From NCBI GenBank assembly GCA_035464915.1, contig DATHRT010000170.1:1-42527 (forward strand): DNA of 42,527 bases, in the 5' to 3' direction. This stretch comes from Candidatus Limnocylindria bacterium. Lineage in GTDB: Bacteria > Desulfobacterota > Deferrimicrobia > Deferrimicrobiales > Deferrimicrobiaceae. Position numbers and translations under genes: made by a program. Below are positions 38,917 to 42,527 of this stretch, one piece after another. Each line of letters begins with the position of its first letter. Position 1 is the stretch's first letter. A model generated the notes under the pieces. That model had not been told where the DNA came from and made no database searches. It saw only the letters and a program-made list of their open reading frames with translations.

Positions 38917-38966
38917 CCTTCCTCCTCCAGACGGGATGGGGATCGTTCAGGCCGTCACCGCGGGGG

Positions 38967-39569
38967 CTACCGGCCCGCCCCGCGCGGAGCCATGAGCGCC
39001 CGGCCGGAATGAAACGCCTTCGCGTTCACCTCCACGATTCTCTCCGGGAGGTGGGCCCGGAGGGCCTCCAGGTAGCACGTCTCCGGAAGCGGGAGCAGGT
39101 GCGATGCGGCTCCCACCATCACCATGTTCACAGCGCGCACCTCGCGCAGGGAGAGAGCCGCAGCCAGTGCGTCGATCAGATACAGGTTCGGGGTCACTTC
39201 GGCCAGCCTCTCCGCTATGTTTTCCGGATACCGCTCCCGTCCGGTAGCCACGGAAGGAGGCATGATCTCCTGCGCGTTGACCACGGCAGCGCCGGCCGGT
39301 TTCAGGAAATGCGCGAAGCGCAGGGCCTCCATCTTCTCAAAAGCGACGAGCAGGTCCGCCGATCCCGGCTCGATAAGCGGCGAGAACACCTTCGGGCCGT
39401 ACCGCAGGTGGGTCGTCACCGCGCCTCCGCGCTGGGCCATCCCGTGGACCTCGCTCTTCTTGACGTCGTATCCGCCGATCAGGAACGCCTCCCCCAGCAC
39501 TTCGGACGCAAGAAGGGCCCCCTGCCCGCCTACGCCCGCGAGGAAGACGTTCCCGCGGGCCCCTTTCAA
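38967..39569 (-). CDS. iorB: Indolepyruvate:ferredoxin oxidoreductase beta subunit
   Basis: Only the last 200 aa of listed ORF 38967..41471 are real. It starts at TTG 39569, which overlaps the iorA stop (TTGA). Sequence reads LKGARGNVFLAGVGGQGALLASEVLGEAF...SEVHGMAQRGG. Confidence 0.8.
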   Translation of the reverse strand: MKGARGNVFLAGVGGQGALLASEVLGEAFLIGGYDVKKSEVHGMAQRGGAVTTHLRYGPKVFSPLIEPGSADLLVAFEKMEALRFAHFLKPAGAAVVNAQEIMPPSVATGRERYPENIAERLAEVTPNLYLIDALAAALSLREVRAVNMVMVGAASHLLPLPETCYLEALRAHLPERIVEVNAKAFHSGRALMAPRGAGR

Positions 39570-41437
39570 TCCTTTATCTCCAGGATCGCCTGGAACTTGC
39601 ACAGCGGGGGGCACTGGTTGCATCCGTCGCACAGGAGGGGGTTGATGCGGGCCATCCCCTTCTGGGACGGCGCTTTCGCCGCTGCGACCGCCTCGTCCGG
39701 CGTGAACGGAACCCATTCGATCGCGGGGCAGCCGAGTTTGCTGCACGCCATGCACCCCGTGCACAGGTCGGGGATCACCTCGTAGACGGGCCGCTTTTTC
39801 TTGCGGTGGTCCGGGAGAAGGACGCACGGCGCCTCCGTGATGATCACGGACGGCTCCTCGCGGAAGAGTTCCCTTTTCAGGACCGCCTCCGTCTGCGCCA
39901 TGTCGTGCGGGTTGACGGTGTAGACGTGATCCACCCCCACCGCGCGGCACAGAGCCGCCAGGTCCAGCCGACGGGTGGCCTTGCCCATGAGCGTCCTCCC
40001 CGTGGCCGGGTTTTCCTGGGCGCCGGTCATGGCTGTTGTCCGGTTGTCCAGGATGATCACGGTGGTGAATCCGCGGTTGTACACGATGTCGATCAGGGGC
40101 GTTACCCCTGAGTGGAGGAAGGTGGAATCCCCGATGACGGCCGCCACCTTCCCGAGGGCTGCCTTTCCCAGCGCCTTCTCGATACCGAAGGCGTTCCCGA
40201 GGGAGGCTCCCATGCAGACGCAGGTGTCCATTCCCTTGAGCGGCGGAAGCGCCGCGAGGGTGTAGCAACCGATGTCGCCGGCCACCGTGACCTTGAACTT
40301 GTTGAGGACGAAGAAAAGCCCCCGGTGCGGGCACCCCGGGCACAGGTTCGGCGGCCTGCCGGGGAGGACCGCAAACGGACGAACGGGGACACCCTGTCCG
40401 GTAATCCCTTTCCGGACGATCCCGGGAGATAGCTCCCCCACGATGGGAATGATCTCCTTCCCCTGCACCGACACGCCCAGCGCCTTCACGTGCATTTCGA
40501 TGTGGGGGTCCAGCTCCTCGACCACCACGAGCCGCGACACGCCCGCCGCAAACTCCCTGATGAGCCTCGACGGGAGGGGGTGAACCATCCCCAGCTTCAG
40601 GACCGATGCATCGGGGAACACCTCGCGGACGTACTGGTACGATACGCCGGCCGTGATCACCCCCAGGTCCCGGTCGCCCCATTCGATCCGGTTGCCTTCG
40701 AATTCTTCCGCGAACGCAGCCATCGCCCGCATCCTCTCCTCGACGATCACGTGGCGACGCCTCGCGTTGTCGGGAAGCATGACCCATTTGGCGGGGTCTC
40801 GAACGAATCCGGGAGCGAGGGAGGATTCCGACGCTTCTTCCAGGCGGACCGCCCCCTTGGCGTGGGATATCCGTGTAGTGCTCCGCAGGAATACCGGGGT
40901 GTCGTACGTTTCCGAAAGCGCAAAGGCAAGTTTTGTGAACTCCTTCGCCTCCCAGGAATCGGACGGCTCCAGCATCGGGATCTTCGCCGCAACGGCGTAG
41001 TGGCGGTTGTCCTGCTCGTTCTGGGACGAATGCAGCTCGGGATCGTCGGCGGTTACGATCACGAACCCGCCGCGGACTCCCGTGTAGGATGCGGTGAAAA
41101 TCGGGTCGGCGGCGACATTCACCCCCACGTGCTTCATCACCGCAAGCGCACGCACCCCCGCCATCGAGGCACCCTGCGCCACCTCCACCGCCACCTTTTC
41201 GTTGGGGGCCCACTCCGCGTAGACATCGGGATACCGGGCGAAGTTCTCGAGGATTTCCGTGCTCGGGGTCCCGGGGTATGCGGATGCCACTTTCACACCC
41301 GCCTCGAATGCCCCCCGGGCGATCGCCTCGTTTCCGGACAGCAGCCCGACCTTTTCCCTCGCGGGGATGGACAACGATTTTCCTTTCTTTCTTGCCGGGA
41401 TATAAGTTGTATAAGTTATCATATACCCTCGCTCCAT
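39566..41437 (-). CDS. iorA: Indolepyruvate:ferredoxin oxidoreductase alpha subunit
   Basis: LLSGNEAIARGAFEAGV near the N-terminus, a TPP-binding region, and C-terminal ferredoxin-like Cys clusters (CTGCMACSKLGCP, CDGCNQCPPLC). The start is uncertain: ATG 41437, ATG 41422 (GAGGG SD), or TTG 41374 (AAAGGAAAA SD). The first 21 codons are abnormally AT-rich. Confidence 0.85.
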   Translation of the reverse strand: MERGYMITYTTYIPARKKGKSLSIPAREKVGLLSGNEAIARGAFEAGVKVASAYPGTPSTEILENFARYPDVYAEWAPNEKVAVEVAQGASMAGVRALAVMKHVGVNVAADPIFTASYTGVRGGFVIVTADDPELHSSQNEQDNRHYAVAAKIPMLEPSDSWEAKEFTKLAFALSETYDTPVFLRSTTRISHAKGAVRLEEASESSLAPGFVRDPAKWVMLPDNARRRHVIVEERMRAMAAFAEEFEGNRIEWGDRDLGVITAGVSYQYVREVFPDASVLKLGMVHPLPSRLIREFAAGVSRLVVVEELDPHIEMHVKALGVSVQGKEIIPIVGELSPGIVRKGITGQGVPVRPFAVLPGRPPNLCPGCPHRGLFFVLNKFKVTVAGDIGCYTLAALPPLKGMDTCVCMGASLGNAFGIEKALGKAALGKVAAVIGDSTFLHSGVTPLIDIVYNRGFTTVIILDNRTTAMTGAQENPATGRTLMGKATRRLDLAALCRAVGVDHVYTVNPHDMAQTEAVLKRELFREEPSVIITEAPCVLLPDHRKKKRPVYEVIPDLCTGCMACSKLGCPAIEWVPFTPDEAVAAAKAPSQKGMARINPLLCDGCNQCPPLCKFQAILEIKD

Positions 41438-41459
41438 TCAATTGTTGCAAGCGGGACTT

Positions 41460-41468
41460 TGCTATACT
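41460..41468 (+). promoter_or_regulatory. Candidate extended -10 promoter (TGCTATACT) for the phosphofructokinase gene
   Basis: TGnTATACT lies 32 nt upstream of the ATG at 41500. The SD GGGAGG falls between them. This is the AT-richer divergent region shared with iorA. Confidence 0.4.
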
Positions 41469-41499
41469 CAACCGATACCGTATTCAGGGAGGATGCGAG

Positions 41500-42527
41500 A
41501 TGAAGATCGGCGTGCTGACCGGTGGCGGAGATTGTCCGGGCCTAAATGCCGTCATCCGGGCTGTGGTCCGGAAATCCGATAATTTCGACTCCCGTGTCGT
41601 GGGCATCCGGAACGGGTGGAAAGGGCTGGTCGACATCTCCTACACCGACCTCGACGCCAAGATGGTCTCGGGGATCCTGCACATCGGCGGCACCATCATC
41701 GGCACTTCCCGCACGAATCCCTTCAAGGACCCCGGCGGTCCGGAAAAGGTCCTGAAGAACTTCCGCCTGCTCGGCCTCGACGCGCTCGTCGCCATAGGGG
41801 GGGAGGATACCCTGGGTGCGGCGAGCAAGCTTTACGAGCGCGGCCTGCCGGTGGTGGGCGTCCCCAAAACGATCGACAACGACCTGTCAGGGACCGATTT
41901 CACCTTCGGGTTCGACACGGCGGTCTCCATCGCCACCGATGCCATCGACCGGATCCACACGACGGCGGAGTCCCACAACCGGGTCATGGTCGTGGAGGTG
42001 ATGGGTCGCAACGCGGGCTGGATCGCCACCTTCTCGGGGATCGCGGGGGGGGCGCACGCGATCCTCATCCCGGAAAAGCCGATCGACATCGACGAGGTAT
42101 GCGACCTGATCCTGCGCCGCCACAGCCGCGGGAAATCCTTCAGCATCGTCGTCGTGGCGGAGGGGGCGAAGTTCGCCGAGAAGCCGGGCGAAAGCGGCCA
42201 ACTGATCGTCCAGGAGACGAAGACCGACGAGTTCGGGCACGTCCGTCTGGGAGGGATCTCGCAGGTCCTTGCCAGGGAGATCGAGAAACGGACGACGTTC
42301 GAATCCCGGTACGTCGTACTCGGCCACATTCAGCGAGGCGGCTCCCCGACCGCCCACGACAGGGTGCTGGCTACCCGGTTCGGCGTATTCGCCACCGAGA
42401 TGGCCCACCGCGGCGAGTTCGGGAAGATGGCCGGCCTCCAGGGGAAAGAGATCGTCCCCGTCCCTTTGGCCGAAGCCACCGCGCAATCCAAGACGGTTGA
42501 AATGGGGATCTACCACATCGCCGAGGA
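41500..42527 (+). CDS. pfkA: 6-phosphofructokinase (PfkA family), 3' end beyond the window
   Basis: Absent from the ORF track because no stop lies in the window. My translation: MKIGVLTGGGDCPGLNAVIRAVVRK...ALVAIGGEDTLGAASKL...VVGVPKTIDNDLSGTDFTFGFDTA...MVVEVMGRNAGWIA... . The listed ORF 41616..42500 is a different, R/G-rich frame of the same strand. Confidence 0.9.
   Translation, partial: MKIGVLTGGGDCPGLNAVIRAVVRKSDNFDSRVVGIRNGWKGLVDISYTDLDAKMVSGILHIGGTIIGTSRTNPFKDPGGPEKVLKNFRLLGLDALVAIGGEDTLGAASKLYERGLPVVGVPKTIDNDLSGTDFTFGFDTAVSIATDAIDRIHTTAESHNRVMVVEVMGRNAGWIATFSGIAGGAHAILIPEKPIDIDEVCDLILRRHSRGKSFSIVVVAEGAKFAEKPGESGQLIVQETKTDEFGHVRLGGISQVLAREIEKRTTFESRYVVLGHIQRGGSPTAHDRVLATRFGVFATEMAHRGEFGKMAGLQGKEIVPVPLAEATAQSKTVEMGIYHIAE

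Noticed and set aside
35704-39012. Plus-strand ORFs 35704..36984 (426 aa) and 37726..39012 (428 aa); also 40490..41503 and 13429..14523
   Set aside because: All are antisense to well-supported minus-strand genes (livJ-like, paaK-like 2, iorA, BtrH_N protein). Their composition is typical of GC shadow frames.
39570-41471. N-terminal 634 aa of the listed 834-aa ORF 38967..41471
   Set aside because: It is an alternative frame over iorA. Only the last 200 aa (IorB, TTG 39569) show family features.
41616-42500. 294-aa plus-strand ORF
   Set aside because: It is a different frame of the phosphofructokinase gene, and it is R/G/P-rich. The real frame starts at ATG 41500 and has no stop in the window, so it is missing from the track.

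Overview
This is a visibly GC-rich, densely packed bacterial chromosomal segment. The gene content (indolepyruvate:ferredoxin oxidoreductase, PaaK-like ligases, sigma-54-type regulator) suggests an anaerobe, possibly deltaproteobacterium-like, but that is an inference. Almost all of it is housekeeping or metabolic. From left to right it contains:
- a partial M23 peptidase, a small zinc-ribbon protein and an orphan MshEN-GspE-type ATPase;
- a seven-gene minus-strand string: TPR protein, lipoprotein, and a five-gene Opp/Dpp-type peptide ABC importer;
- tldD and dedA, then a 475-bp non-coding gap, then a BtrH_N/DUF4872 protein, tatC and a DUF2062 protein;
- bioB-bioF-bioA-bioD with a clear BirA operator;
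- a HAD phosphatase, CPBP protease, pgk, a small ferritin-like protein, ligA, acyP and an AmmeMemoRadiSam-type radical SAM enzyme;
- a small membrane protein plus a degenerate NtrC-type response regulator, an MDR oxidoreductase, a small protein and rsmI;
- an aromatic/branched-chain amino-acid module (paaK-like, livFGMH, livJ-like, ACT protein, second paaK-like, iorB, iorA);
- a partial 6-phosphofructokinase.

I found no rRNA, tRNA, CRISPR array, transposase, integrase, phage gene or recognisable defence gene. I cannot support a new multi-gene system here. The signals the gene list does not explain are mostly non-coding:
- a family of palindromic GGGGGACACTC / GAGTGTCCCCC box clusters at three loci, one of them absorbed into the bioA/bioD coding junction;
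- an imperfect foldback of about 350 bp filling the gap between two convergent genes.

Protein-level oddities are the c-di-GMP-motif ATPase with a C-terminal double zinc ribbon and no partner machine, and an enhancer-binding-protein homologue with several catalytic motifs mutated. Many long ORFs in the supplied track are antisense or out-of-frame GC artefacts. Several real genes start well inside the listed ORFs, and two edge genes are missing from the track because they have no stop in the window.
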